A DNA stretch of 63,711 nt, the filler included, from Octopus bimaculoides (lineage: Eukaryota): NCBI RefSeq assembly GCF_001194135.2. It is 9 parts of 9 records of this genome, joined end to end, with 100 filler letters (N's around TTAATTAATTAA, not from the genome) between each part and the next. Parts side by side here need not be neighbours in the genome. Positions count along the whole stretch, not along the records: positions 9,480 to 15,791 come from NC_068981.1; positions 15,892 to 17,572 come from NC_068985.1; positions 17,673 to 23,286 come from NC_068992.1; positions 23,387 to 25,011 come from NW_026325093.1; 5 more parts are not named here. One strand, 5' to 3'. The translations under genes were made by a program, and so were the position numbers. Positions 11,346 through 23,641 of the stretch are shown piece by piece (within the stretch, counting starts at the first letter, position 1; each line of letters begins with the position of its first letter). The notes beneath the pieces were generated by a model. The model did not search any database and had not been told where the DNA came from. It worked only from the letters and a program-made list of their open reading frames with translations.

Positions 11346-11864
11346 TATTCACTACAGCCCTTCAAATAATTCTTTCTACTATAGGCATGAGGTATGAAAT
11401 TTGGAGAAGGATCTAAACTATTGCATCAATCCCTGTGTATGACTGGTACTTATTTTATCGAATGTGAAAGAATAAAAGGCAAAGTTGACTTTAGTTGCAT
11501 TTGAACTCAGAACGTAAACCTAGAAGACATGCTGCTGAGCATTTTGTCCGGAGTGCTAAGGATTCTGCCAGCTTTGCCACCTTTGCTTTTGTTCAAATAA
11601 AATTATTTACTTCTGATAGAGATTCAAAGCCTGAAATGTGGTGAGGAAAGGGTTAGTCAATAAATCCACTATACAGCTGGACTGATACTCTATGTTATCG
11701 ACCTCTGAAGAGTAAAAGGTAGGATTTGAATTCAGAATGTAAAGGGCTATAACATATACCACAAGGTATTTTGTCAAGCAGTCTAAAAGTTCAATTTGGT
11801 ATAAGACCACACATTTCGTAGAGAAAACTATTCATTAAATGGTTATGTAGTCCATTTATTAATC

Positions 11865-12215
11865 ATCCTCATCATCATTTAACAGCCATTTTTCATTCTG
11901 GCATGGGTTGGACAGCATGACAGGAACTGACAAGGCCAGGGACCATACCAGGTTCCATAATCTGTTTTGGCTTGGTTTCTACAGCTGGATGTCCTTCCTA
12001 ATGCCAACCACTTTATAGAGTGTACTGGGTGCTTTTGGGGTGGCACCAGTGGCTTTTATGTGGCACTGGCAACCCACCAATATTTTTTACATGGCACCTT
12101 GGTTTTAGGAACTTAATTCTGTTGTGAAGGGCAGATCTTGCATACAGCAATGCACCACATATCTCAGTCCTATGTCACCTACTTTGTAAGGCTCAACATT
12201 CTGAGATCAACCATT
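11865..12215 (-). mobile_element. 5'-truncated RTE LINE
   Basis: Same UTR, tail and terminal coding remnant as 1681-2058. Confidence 0.75.
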
Positions 12216-12264
12216 GCTTATTTTTAATGTAAAGTACTACCTGAAATTAGTAAAAAACATAGAC

Positions 12265-12425
12265 ACAGGAGTGGCTGTGTGGTAAGTAGCTTGCTTACCA
12301 AACCACATGGTTCCGGGTTCAGTCCCACTGCGTGACACCTTGGGCAAGTGTCTTCTACTATAGCCTCAGGCCAATCAAAGCCTTGTGAGTGGATTTGGTA
12401 GATGGAAACTGAAAGAAGCCCGTCA
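12265..12425 (+). mobile_element. SINE family A, 5' half (runs into gap)
   Basis: ggagtggctgtgtggtaag (A box), gggttcagtccc (B box), ccttgggcaagtgtcttct. Confidence 0.85.
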
Positions 12426-12847
12426 TATATATATATATAGATATATATATATATATATATANNNNNNNNNNNNNNNNNNNNNNNNNNNNNNNNNNNNNNN
12501 NNNNNNNNNNNNNNNNNNNNNNNNNNNNNNNNNNNNNNNNNNNNNNNNNNNNNNNNNNNNNNNNNNNNNNNNNNNNNNNNNNNNNNNNNNNNNNNNNNNN
12601 NNNNNNNNNNNNNNNNNNNNNNNNNNNNNNNNNNNNNNNNNNNNNNNNNNNNNNNNNNNNNNNNNNNNNNNNNNNNNNNNNNNNNNNNNNNNNNNNNNNN
12701 NNNNNNNNNNNNNNNNNNNNNNNNTGAAATAAAAGAATAAAAGAAAAACAACAACAATAAAAGGAGGCAAATTAGAACTACCATGTCCATGATTTGGACC
12801 AGAGATCTAGAGGTACACTATTTTCATTGTTCATAATTTAATCAGAG

Positions 12848-13174
12848 GAAAGGATGAAAGGCAAAATCAACCTTGGCGGAATTTGAACTCAGAACGTAGC
12901 GGCAGACGAAATACCACTAAGCATTTCACCCAGCGTGGTAACGTTTCTTATTTCTTTACTGCCCACAAGGGGCTAAACATACAGGGGACAAACAAGGACA
13001 GACAAATGGATTAAGTCGATTACATCGACCCCAGTGCGTAACTGGTACTTATTCAATCGACCTCGAAAGGATAAAAGGCATGGTCAACCTCGGCGGAATT
13101 TGAACTCAGAACATAGCGGCAGACGAAATACCGCTAAGCATTTCACCCGACATGCTAACGTTTCTGCCAGCTCA
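12848..13174 (-). mobile_element. SINE family C head-to-tail dimer
   Basis: Monomer 1 13174-12947 with A box tggcagaaacg and B box gagttcaaattcc; monomer 2 12946-12848 lacks the A-box start. The central block gtcgactttgcctttcatcctttcggggtcgataaattaagtaccag resembles, from memory, the Meta/MESC SINE domain (unverified). Confidence 0.85.
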
Positions 13175-13544
13175 TTACCTGGCTGCTGTTTCTAGCAGGC
13201 TGAGCAATCAACTACCTAGGGCTTCCTATGATGCAGGCTTGTGGAACTAAAGACAGGTTGATTGTTGCCGTTAATGTTCGAAATTTAACTCACAGAATTT
13301 AAAGGGCCTTTAGAGTAAAATTTCAAGGGAGATGCATTTAGTGCTGTACGCGACCATTATTTCTGCTGGTTAATTCCTTCTTCACTGAAGTCGAGTCCTT
13401 TAAGAAAATGGTGAGAAGAAAGAGTCAGAAATGGAGGAAGAGAAAATAACGGAGTCAGGGAAGCGCAGGAAGAAGAAAGAATACGAGCAGGGACTAATTA
13501 CAAGAAGATGAAGAAAGCGGAGAGCTAGACAGTACAGAAGACGG

Positions 13545-13666
13545 AAGACGAGATAGCAGCAGTAGCAGCAGTAGTAGTGGTGGTGGCGGTGGTAGCAGGA
13601 GCAGCAGTTGAAGTAGTAGCTGTGGTAGTAATAGTCGCAGCAGAGTAGTATCCTCACCACCATCAC

Positions 13667-13698
<32 letters not shown>

Positions 13699-13721
13699 GT
13701 AGTGCTATCAGCAGCTGCGGT

Positions 13722-13761
<40 letters not shown>

Positions 13762-13829
13762 TCCCCATCATCATCACCACCATCACCACTATCATCATCA
13801 TCATCATCATCACCACCACCACCACCACT

Positions 13830-13860
<31 letters not shown>

Positions 13861-13883
13861 CCACCACCACCACCACCACCACT

Positions 13884-13929
<46 letters not shown>

Positions 13930-13955
13930 CCACCACCACCACCACCACCACCACT

Positions 13956-13989
<34 letters not shown>

Positions 13990-14012
13990 CCACCACCACC
14001 ACCACCACCACT

Positions 14013-14061
<49 letters not shown>

Positions 14062-14135
14062 GTAATGCTATCAGCAGCAGCAACAGCAGCATCCCCATCA
14101 TCATTGTCATTGTCACCACCACCACCACCACCACT

Positions 14136-14166
<31 letters not shown>

Positions 14167-14425
14167 GTAATGCCATCAGCAGCAGAAATAGCACCATCCC
14201 CATCATCATTGTCATTGTCACCACCATCACCACCACCACCACCACCACCACCATTACCATCGTCATCATCATCATCATAAGTAATGCCATCAGCTGCTGC
14301 AGCTGCAGCAACAGCAAACAGCAGCATCACCGTCATTGCCACCATCATAAACACCAACACTATCGTCATCACCACCACCACCACCACCATCAGTAGCAGC
14401 AGCAGCAGCAGCAGAAGTAGTCATC
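13545..14425. repeat. Compound (CAT/CAC/CAG)n microsatellite with higher-order units
   Basis: Alternating (CAT)n(CAC)nTAT blocks; recurring agtaatgcYatcagcag boundaries near 13697, 14060, 14165 and 14280. Confidence 0.95.
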
Positions 14426-15061
14426 ACCCAACCAGTAAATTATCAAGCTCACCCATTTTCGCCCTTGACCACCACAGTGAGGGTTTCCACACACACACCC
14501 CCACCCCCTTCACTTCTGGACCACATCATCCCCTCTGCCCCTCACACTCACCCTTACCCTCCACATAAGTCTTGGTTTTTTTATTTATTTTTTTTTGTTA
14601 TACCTGAAGTCATTCAAATATAACAACAACAACAAAAATATATAAATTAATAAATAAAAAGCTCCTTCAGCTGTTCTTTCTCTCATAAAGTCTTTTCTTT
14701 CAGTTTAAATCCTTCTGTTGCTCATTCACACATGAACTCATTACAGTCAGCGCTTGTTCAGACATTTAATTCCATTTTATTTCGTCCCTTTCCAACGTTT
14801 CTCTCTTCACTCACTCCTTCACTTAATATGGTCATTAGTGTTTGTATTTGTTAATTCATCTTATCAATTCTGTTGTTCTGTCATTCTCTAGAAATAACGG
14901 CTGCTATATACCGTCTAATGTAGTTGTAGCTAGTAAATTCCTTCCATAATTCCTGCATTCCTTTCTTCATTTATGTATTCTTTTATTCATTCATTCGGTC
15001 ATTCATTAAATTAGTTGGTGCTTAATGCTGTTGTATAGTTTCAGAGAGAGGGGGAGTAGAA

Positions 15062-15095
<34 letters not shown>

Positions 15096-16183
15096 GGAGC
15101 AGCAAAAGAGGAAAAGAAGGCAGAGAAAGGAAATACTATATGTCTTTAAATTTTCATTACCATTGTTCCTATATTCTATAGATACAGGTGTAGGTGTGGG
15201 GGTTATGAAATCTGTTTTGGAACCATGTTGTTTTAGGCTTGATCCTGCTGTGCAACACATAGAGCAAGTGGCTTCAACTGTAGCCTTAGGTGGACCGGTT
15301 AATTGTGAGTGGAATTCACTGGATAGAACCATCATATACATATGTACATATGTTTGTATGTATGTATGTATGCATGTATGTATGCATGTATGTATGTATG
15401 CATGTATGTATGCATGTATGTATGTATGCATGCATGCATGTATGTATGTATGTGTGTCATTATTCATTTTTATTTCAAGATTTTTTGCCAATAAAAAGTC
15501 AGTTTCTATCCTAGATCCAAGGTATGTATGTATGTATGTATGTATGTATCTTCTATTTTTTCATCATCATCATCATTATCATCATTATTTAACGTCCGCT
15601 TTCCATGCTAGCATGGGTTGGACGATTTGACTGGGGACTGGCGAACCAGATGGCTTACACCAGACTCCAATCTGATCTGGCAGAGTATTATCTCTCAAGC
15701 TACTGCTCTCTAGCACCTTCGGATGATCTCTACTCAACAGCTACTCAACACCCCTACCACGGCCAAACTACCTTTATTATATGTCTTGGGCNNNNNNNNN
15801 NNNNNNNNNNNNNNNNNNNNNNNNNNNNNNNNNNNTTAATTAATTAANNNNNNNNNNNNNNNNNNNNNNNNNNNNNNNNNNNNNNNNNNNNCATAAATAA
15901 AAGGAATTTTATTTAACAAATTGTGACACTAAAGACCGAGGTTACCGTGGTCTTTTCCGTAGGTTTTTCTTTCCACGGATAACCTCCCCATTTATTGGGA
16001 AATCTTTGTAATATTTTCATTTTTTTTTTTGTACATTCCCCAAACGTTTTCTCGATGCCTTTTCATCGTTATCCCCATTTTATTTTTTTACTTTATTTTC
16101 GTCCCCATCGAAAAGAAAAACTCTACATTTGTATTTTTGTCCCCTCTATGTTGAGCCCTGTGTTGCTAATAAAGAAAGAAAGA

Positions 16184-16221
<38 letters not shown>

Positions 16222-16225
16222 CATT

Positions 16226-16305
<80 letters not shown>

Positions 16306-16432
16306 CCTATATATATATATATACCTTCATATATTTATATGTGTGTATATGAATAAATTTACCATATATTACACGAATATATAAATTTTTCACGTTGCTC
16401 CAGTCTACTCAGCTGGAGAAAATATCATTCTG

Positions 16433-16615
16433 TGTCACATTCAGTCACCCTGGAAACTACGATAAGATTACGCGTGTCGTTGGATTGCTCAGCCACTTGC
16501 ACGTTAAATTCAAGAGCAGGTTGTTCCGTTGAATGGACCAAAAAGAACATTTGTCATCGTAGCCGACTGTGTGCTGGTGGTGAGCTGGCAGAATCGTTAG
16601 CACGCCGGACAAAAT
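16433..16615 (+). mobile_element. SINE B 3' body joined to SINE C head
   Basis: gctcagccacttgcacgttaa...gtcatcgtagccgactgtgtgc followed directly by ggtgagctggcagaatcgttagcacgccgg. Confidence 0.65.
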
Positions 16616-16994
16616 GAGAAATATGTCAAAGAAATCGGAATTGACATGAAAGCAGAGCAAGCCAAAAAACTGCGCTGTTGGGGACAGTTAGGATTTTGAT
16701 ATTGGTACTTGGATGTTGAATGTCTCCCGCGATAATGGAAAAGTGATGTTGGAACTACTTCTTTTCTTCTTTCTAATTACTGATGGCTTCGGGCAAACAT
16801 TCCTTTTACATACGCATGTTTCTCTCTCTCTCTTTATCTCTCTCTGTCTCTCTTTCTTTCTCTCCATCCCCTTTTCAACTCTACTTCTCTACCTCTCTGT
16901 CTCACTCTAACTCTACTTTTCCTCTATCTCATTACTGATGGCTTCGGACAGACGGACGGACGCGGCTCTTATTATAGTATAAGATTATACAGTA

Positions 16995-17460
16995 CTCTTA
17001 TTTTTATCACGTGCTTTCACTACACTACTGAGCGCTGTTCCATGTGCCTTGGCCATGTGCTGTGGTTAGTTGTGATGCTCTTGTTTTCACTGTATTGAAA
17101 ATTCTTTACGTAGGATGTGTGCGATGCCTAGTAGTGCTATTTTCTCAATGTTACATATGCTTGTAAGTACTGGTGTTTTTGTTATGTATTTGTCGGAATG
17201 TATTTTTTTTTTATACCTAATGCGCTTACTATGATTGCATTACCTCTATTTGAAGATCTTTGTATTTTAAAAGTTTCTCCGTTAATTTTAGAGAAACATT
17301 GTCACCTGTTGGTATTGATTCATCAATTAGAAAGCATTTTATTTTCTTGGTGATCTCTGACAACTATATCCGGCCTGTTGGCCTTAACTTCTCTATACGT
17401 GTCTATTGGCATATGGTTGCTTTCTCGTTTTCTGTAACCTTTTCTGGCATGTGCCTATAC
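16995..17460 (-). mobile_element. R4/Dong-clade non-LTR element, restriction-like endonuclease domain and 3'UTR
   Basis: Frameshifted minus translation YRHMPEKVTENEKATI / EVKANRPDIVVRD / KCFLIDESIPTGDNVSLKLTEKLLKYKDLQIEV / IALLGIAHILRK; stop at 17087-17089. Confidence 0.85.
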
Positions 17461-17672
17461 TCTTGCCCAAGGTGCCATGCAGTGAGACTAAAACTGGAAA
17501 CAGGTAGTTGGGAAGCAAGCTTGTGACCACACTGCCACGCCTGCGCCTATACATGTATATGTATATATATATNNNNNNNNNNNNNNNNNNNNNNNNNNNN
17601 NNNNNNNNNNNNNNNNTTAATTAATTAANNNNNNNNNNNNNNNNNNNNNNNNNNNNNNNNNNNNNNNNNNNN

Positions 17673-18008
17673 CACATGAGATGCACCATTTTGAGCGTGG
17701 CCGTTGCCAGTACCGCCTGACTGGCTCCCGTAGGATTTTCGAGTGAGATCGTTGCCAGTGCCCCTGGACTGGCTTGTGCGGGTGGCACATAAAAGACACC
17801 ATTTCGAGCGTGGCCGTTTTCTTGCGGGTGACAAGTAAAAGCACCCACTACACTCTCTGAGTGGTTGGCGTTAGGAAGGGCATCCAGCTGTAGAAACTCT
17901 GCCAAATTAGATTGGAGCCTGGTGTTGCCATCCGGTTTCACCAGTCCTCAGTCAAATCGTCCAACCCGTGCTAACATGGAAAGCGGACGTTAAACGATGA
18001 TGATGATG
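17673..18008 (+). mobile_element. Young RTE-tailed element with ~60-bp tandem units
   Basis: Near-identical to 38671-38956 and, in reverse, to 19304-19476 and 15590-15685; ends aaagcggacgttaaacgatgatgatgatg. Confidence 0.85.
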
Positions 18009-18115
18009 AACTTGCCTAACGTGCTTACACTTACATTTACTCTTCTACCTGCTCAATTTTAAATCCCTTGAGCACTATGAAGTGTATTCTATATGGAGAA
18101 TATTTGTCTCTCAGC

Positions 18116-18139
<24 letters not shown>

Positions 18140-18149
<10 letters not shown>

Positions 18150-18362
18150 CATGAGTTTGTCTCCTTGACTTGACATCATATGATGGTTGTAAAAAAGTGT
18201 CACTGTCATACAAACAGCATCATATATTCCCAATATTCTGTGAAAACCATGTCTGGCCAGGTGACAGTTCACGACAAGAAAGGTATCCCTCTATAAAAAA
18301 TATACCACGGATAAACTCTGTCCGACTCATGAATGGGAAAGTGGACATTATGATGAATGAGA
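18140..18362 (+). mobile_element. Old SINE 3' half with RTE-like tail (family E)
   Basis: Degenerate gacaagaaaggtatcc...gggaaagtggacattatgatg tail after a (TA/TG)n tract. Confidence 0.5.
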
Positions 18363-18397
18363 TAACAATAATGATGAATGCGATATCTTTTTTATTT

Positions 18398-18690
18398 TAG
18401 TGAGGAACTTTGTGGTGGTCTTTGCTTGTCTAAAGACCTCCAGATTGTTCACTCTCTCTACACAGGACACCTTCAGTATTCTTCCAAGGAATCACCTCTC
18501 TGCAGTATCGATAACTTTTTGTAATGGCTTGCTAATATTCCAAGTCACAAAACTATGTGTAACGATTGGTTCTTCATATACTCCAAGGACTCATTTCCTC
18601 ACTCACATACATAGACACATATCTGACATTTCTTTCACTTTATCACTAATTATTCTATATTTTATTCAGTGGGTAGATATGGTCCATTAC
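18398..18690 (-). pseudogene. Degenerate RTE ORF fragment (third family)
   Basis: VLGVYEEPIVTHSFVTWNISKPLQKVIDTAER*FLGRILKVSCVERVNNLEVFRQA aligns by eye to RTE Y..ExWT...EMWFLRRMLxISW...NxEVL. Confidence 0.7.
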
Positions 18691-19303
18691 TTACATTAAG
18701 TAGGACAGGAAGTATTATAAAACTGATGAGTATTTAGTTGACTTTCAAGGCTGGATAATCCAGATCTCCTATCAGTATGACCAATTGTCACTAATAAAAT
18801 ATCTTTGTCCGCAAGAAAATTTCCTGTTTAGTTCTTCTACATGAATCTGTATGAGTTACTTGCTAATTTGATGCCTTGGATCATGTTATAAGTCAATGCA
18901 TGGTTGTGTACCAAACACTAAGACTAAGCAGTGGACTAAATTATGAGCAATGCTGAAGGTAAGCTATTAGTAATGTTGTGAGTTATCTTGTAAGCTCGGC
19001 TATGAATTTTTAGTATCAGCTTTTACTTTGTGAGCCATGTCATAAGGTGAGCTTGTGAGCCATGGTATCAGCCTGTTTCTCTAGAAACTATGCCATAAGG
19101 GGCAAGTAATATAAATGCTATTGGTTAAACTAGAGATAGGTAAGCTTTTTTGGTTTGGAGGCTACATTGAAAAGTTAACTGCTATCTAACAAGGCAACAT
19201 TAAAAAGAAAGAACTGTTTAATCAGTTATTTTTAAGTAGTTCATGAAAATTGCAACTATGTATATATATATATATATATATATATACATGCACACACATA
19301 TTA

Positions 19304-19476
19304 TCATCATCATCATCGTTTAACGTCCGCTTTCCATGCTAGCATGGGTTGAACGATTTGACTGAGGACTGGTGAAACCAGATGGCTACACCAGGCTCCA
19401 ATCTGATTTGGCAGAGTTTCTACAGCTGGATGCCCTTCCTAACGCCAACCACTCAGAGAGTGTACTGGGTGCTTTT
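19304..19476 (-). mobile_element. RTE-tailed element, 3' end (runs into gap)
   Basis: Reverse complement of 17835-18008. Confidence 0.85.
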
Positions 19477-19891
19477 NNNNNNNNNNNNNNNNNNNNNNNN
19501 NNNNNNNNNNNNNNNNNNNNNNNNNNNNNNNNNNNNNNNNNNNNNNNNNNNNNNNNNNNNNNNNNNNNNNNNNNNNNNNNNNNNNNNNNNNNNNNNNNNN
19601 NNNNNNNNNNNNNNNNNNNTGGTTATGTATATATATATATGTATTTATAAATCTAGACACACACACATGAATGAAGCATTTTTATGCAAATGAGTATATG
19701 TGATATTTATATGAATGTGCCTCTTTGATGTAAGTGTATCAATGTGTGCATTTATACAATATTATAATTTGCGTGTGTATATATGTGTGTGTGTGTGTGT
19801 GTGTATATATGTGTGTGTGTGTGTGTGTGTATATATACATACATATCTATCTATATGTGTGTATATATATATGTGTGTGCGTATATATGTA

Positions 19892-19924
<33 letters not shown>

Positions 19925-20293
19925 TATATGTAACATGAATATATAATGTATATACGGAACTGAACAAACTGGTTCAAAAAGAAGTCTACTGCTGGAAAAT
20001 AACTGCTGCAGTTCAACTACAGCCGGTCAACTGATTCAAACATTCATTACAGGATGTTGATTTTATGGTACCACTACAAGGAATTTTTGTGTGGAATATT
20101 AAAAATCAGTTAAGATCAGAAGCCATGAGAGCCACTACCAGGTACTGCATCCAGGCATTATTATTATTATTATTTCTGTTGTCATTTGTTCATATGTCCT
20201 TCAAATGTTTCCTTCATCCATTGCTCTCGTAGCAAATAAAAAATATTATTGTTATCACTATTATTATTATTATCATCATCATCATCATCATCA

Positions 20294-20328
<35 letters not shown>

Positions 20329-20539
20329 CATCTCTTCTGGCTCTTTCTCTTTGGAGTTCAAATGCTGCCAAGGTCAACCTTATCTTTTATCAGTCTGAGC
20401 TCAATGAGGAACCAGTCAATTACTAGGATCCATAGGATTGTCTAACTTCCTCTCTTCATATTTGCTGGTCTTTTTCCTAAATTACAAACTATATTTTACA
20501 AGGGATGAGCTTGTACTGTTGTTAGTAAAAATAAAGTCC

Positions 20540-21168
20540 CTTCCCGTGTCATAGGGACTCATAAGGGTCAGTTTTTTTTCACTTACCATGGCATACATAT
20601 TCCCCACCTGGATGGGACACCAATTTATTAGAGGGTTACTCATTTTTGTCCGTGAAGGCGCAATGGCCCAGTGGTTAGGGCAGTGGACTTGCGGTCATAG
20701 GATTGCAGTTTCGATTCCCAGACCAGGCGTTGTGAGCGTTTATTGAGCGAAAATACCTAAAGCTCCATGAGGCTCCGGCAGGGAGTGGTGGCTAACCCTG
20801 CTGTACTCTTTCACCACAACTTTCTTCCCGTTTCTGTTGTATCTGTAATTCAAAGAGCCAGCCTTGTCACACTGTGTCACGCTGAATATCCCCGAGAACT
20901 ACGTTAAGGGTACACGTGTCTGTGGAGTGCTCAGCCACTTGCACGTTAATTTCACGAGCAGGCTGTTCCGTTGATCGGATCAACTGGAACCCTCGATGTC
21001 GTAAGCGAAGAGTGCCAACAACTCATTTTTGTCCACTGAGTGGACAGAATCAACATGAAATGAAGTGTTTTGCTCAAGAACACACCATGTTGTCTGGTGC
21101 AGGAATTGAAACCATAACCTTATGATCATGAGCCTAACACATTACCCACTAAGCCACGTGCCTCCACA
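20540..21168 (-). mobile_element. Old tRNA-headed SINE (family G), host of the SINE B insertion
   Basis: Minus head gtggcttagtgg...gtttcaattcc, then gtgttcttgagcaaaacactt and aaaaatgagt; continues across the insertion. Confidence 0.7.
20652..21020 (+). mobile_element. SINE family B, full length, 14-bp TSD
   Basis: TSD actcatttttgtcc at 20638-20651 and 21021-21034; highly similar to 3353-3740. Confidence 0.9.
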
Positions 21169-22020
21169 CAGTTGTTAGAATGTTGGACAAAATGCCTTGA
21201 AGTATTTGCTTCTCTAAATTCTGAGATCAAATCAAGCTGAGATCATCTCTGCTTTTTATCCTCTTGGGGTAATAAAATTAAGTACCAATCAAGTACAGGG
21301 GTTTGTGGGATTGGTTTACACTTACCCCACAAATTTGCTGCCAGTGTACTGAAATCAGAAATCAGAATCACCATTATTAAAAATAAGCAGTATTTCTTTT
21401 GATTCTTTTCATTCTGAGTTCAAATCCTACTAACATCCACTCTGCCTTTAAACACTCTGGGTTTGATAAAAGAAAGTAGAAGCCAAATACTGGGGTTGAG
21501 ATAATTGACTAAGACCTTCCCTATATATATATATATATATATCTTCTGATGATGAAAATTTTTGATGAAAATTTTGATCANNNNNNNNNNNNNNNNNNNN
21601 NNNNNNNNNNNNNNNNNNNNNNNNNNNNNNNNNNNNNNNNNNNNNNNNNNNNNNNNNNNNNNNNNNNNNNNNNNNNNNNNNNNNNNNNNNNNNNNNNNNN
21701 NNNNNNNNNNNNNNNNNNNNNNNNNNNNNNNNNNNNNNNNNNNNNNNNNNNNNNNNNNNNNNNNNNNNNNNNNNNNNNNNNNNNNNNNNNNNNNNNNNNN
21801 NNNNNNNNNNNNNNNNNNNNNNNNNNNNNNNNNNNNNNNNNNNNNNNNNNNNNNNNNNNNNNNNNNNNNNNNNNNNNNNNNNNNNNNNNNNNNNNNNNNN
21901 NNNNNNNNNNNNNNNNNNNNNNNNNNNNNNNNNNNNNNNNNNNNNNNNNNNGATATGTTTTGCCAAAATTGCTGTTTCTTTTCAGATATCATCAGAAAAA
22001 GGTAATTAAAATTCATTAAA

Positions 22021-22547
22021 ATGACAGGTCTATCGGACTTTCAAAGAGGTTAAACTGTTGGTGCTCGTATGGCAGGTGTTAGCGTAACAAAAACAGCCGA
22101 AATGTTTGGTGTATCAAGAAGTATTGTTTCGAAAGTAATGACAGCCTTTGAGAAAGAGGGAAAAACCTCTACATTGAAACAAAACCCCGGACGAAAACCA
22201 AAACTTTCAGATAGGGACCGTCGGACTCTTACGCGAATTGTTAGAAAGGATCATAAAAGTACAGCTCCCAAAATTACTGCAGAGCCTCGTTTTCAATCCC
22301 GAACCATTTATTGTGCATTTTAGAAAAACAAGTGAGGAGTCGATATCCTCCACCATCATCACTACAAGAACTGGAAACAGTTTTAGCTGAAGAATGGCCA
22401 AAAATTCCTTTGGAACAATTCAAACTTTGAACTAGTCCATACCTCGTAGAATTCAAGCTGTAATTACTGCCAAAGGTGGTGCTACCCTATATTAAAATAA
22501 ATTTGTTTGAAATTTTAGGGTGTCTCCATTATTTTGTCCAACCTCTG
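22021..22547 (+). mobile_element. Internally deleted Tc1-family transposon (pseudogenised transposase and right TIR)
   Basis: MTGLSDFQRG*TVGARMAGVSVTKTAEMFGVSRSIVSKV...GRKPKLSDRDRR (HTH) joined to LQELETVLAEEW...RRIQAVITAKGG; terminus tccattattttgtccaacctctg|TA at 22547. Confidence 0.9.
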
Positions 22548-22905
22548 TATCTATCTATCTATCTATCTATCGGTAGCATACGAAAATCGTCCAGCACTGA
22601 GTGACCGGTGAGTATGCTAGATGCGTATTTCGACCTCACCGAGAGCCAGCTGCATACTAAAATGAAATTTATCTCAATTGATAAAGAAAGGTAAGCAGCA
22701 AATAAGCAATCACCGCTGTTGCAAATCACCGCCCCACTTGAATAAAAAACTATTATTGTAACATTTTTAACGAAAATACTCTGCAAAAAAGCAAATTTAC
22801 TGCAGAATTCATTCAGAGATAATATCTCTAATGGGCGTGCTGCGTTTAAAAACACACAATATAAATCTGTAGCAGACAAGAATCATCTAGCAGCTGCTGG
22901 TGAGA

Positions 22906-22939
<34 letters not shown>

Positions 22940-22979
22940 TTAAGGAATGGAGAAAACGCATGTTATTATTGCATACTTT

Positions 22980-23065
22980 ATTCCTACATATGTTTCAAAG
23001 GATTACAACCTGTGTGATCCATAGGGATCTGTGATGTTAAAATTGTAACCTTCTCTTCAGGGAAT
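22980..23065 (-). ncRNA. Type I hammerhead ribozyme, conserved core nucleotides intact
   Basis: ATTCC-CTGAAGA-GAAGGTTACAA...TTGTAATCCTTT-GAAA-CATAT-GTA-GGAAT: 5-bp stem I, 11-bp stem II with one bulge, palindromic stem III ACATATGT, GUA cleavage triplet. Confidence 0.8.
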
Positions 23066-23386
23066 GCATGGGAATCATCTTAAACGTAAGACATTATGAC
23101 CGAGTATGAAACCAATAGATGGATAAGGTCATGACTTGATTCATTTGAAAAAAACCGTTAGAGAATTGGACGCTACAGGATAGTGGGTTGGACAACACAT
23201 ACATATAAATGTATATACATACATGCATACATAATTACATATACATATATACACACACACATATGTATACACATATATATACATATNNNNNNNNNNNNNN
23301 NNNNNNNNNNNNNNNNNNNNNNNNNNNNNNTTAATTAATTAANNNNNNNNNNNNNNNNNNNNNNNNNNNNNNNNNNNNNNNNNNNN

Positions 23387-23430
<44 letters not shown>

Positions 23431-23641
23431 GTATAGGTTACTGTATCTAGTGGTAATACAGACTAAATTTTTCAAAACCATGATTAATTTTAATCTCTGC
23501 TCAATATCCCATTGGTGGTATGCGCATATTAGACGCATGAAGACTTTTTTTGTACGTTTTTGAGGAAAACTGCATCCACTAGCTATCTCGAATGTTTTGT
23601 TGAATGTTGTGTTTTTCACAGCAAGTTATTAAAGCCCTAAG

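Noticed and set aside
12848-13174. CRISPR-like repeat-spacer array
   Set aside because: The repeats are long SINE monomers without unique spacers, the context is eukaryotic, and there are no cas genes.
22574-22620. Type II hammerhead-like arrangement (GAAA...GTC...CCGGTGA within an inverted repeat)
   Set aside because: Two core changes and no workable stem I or III.
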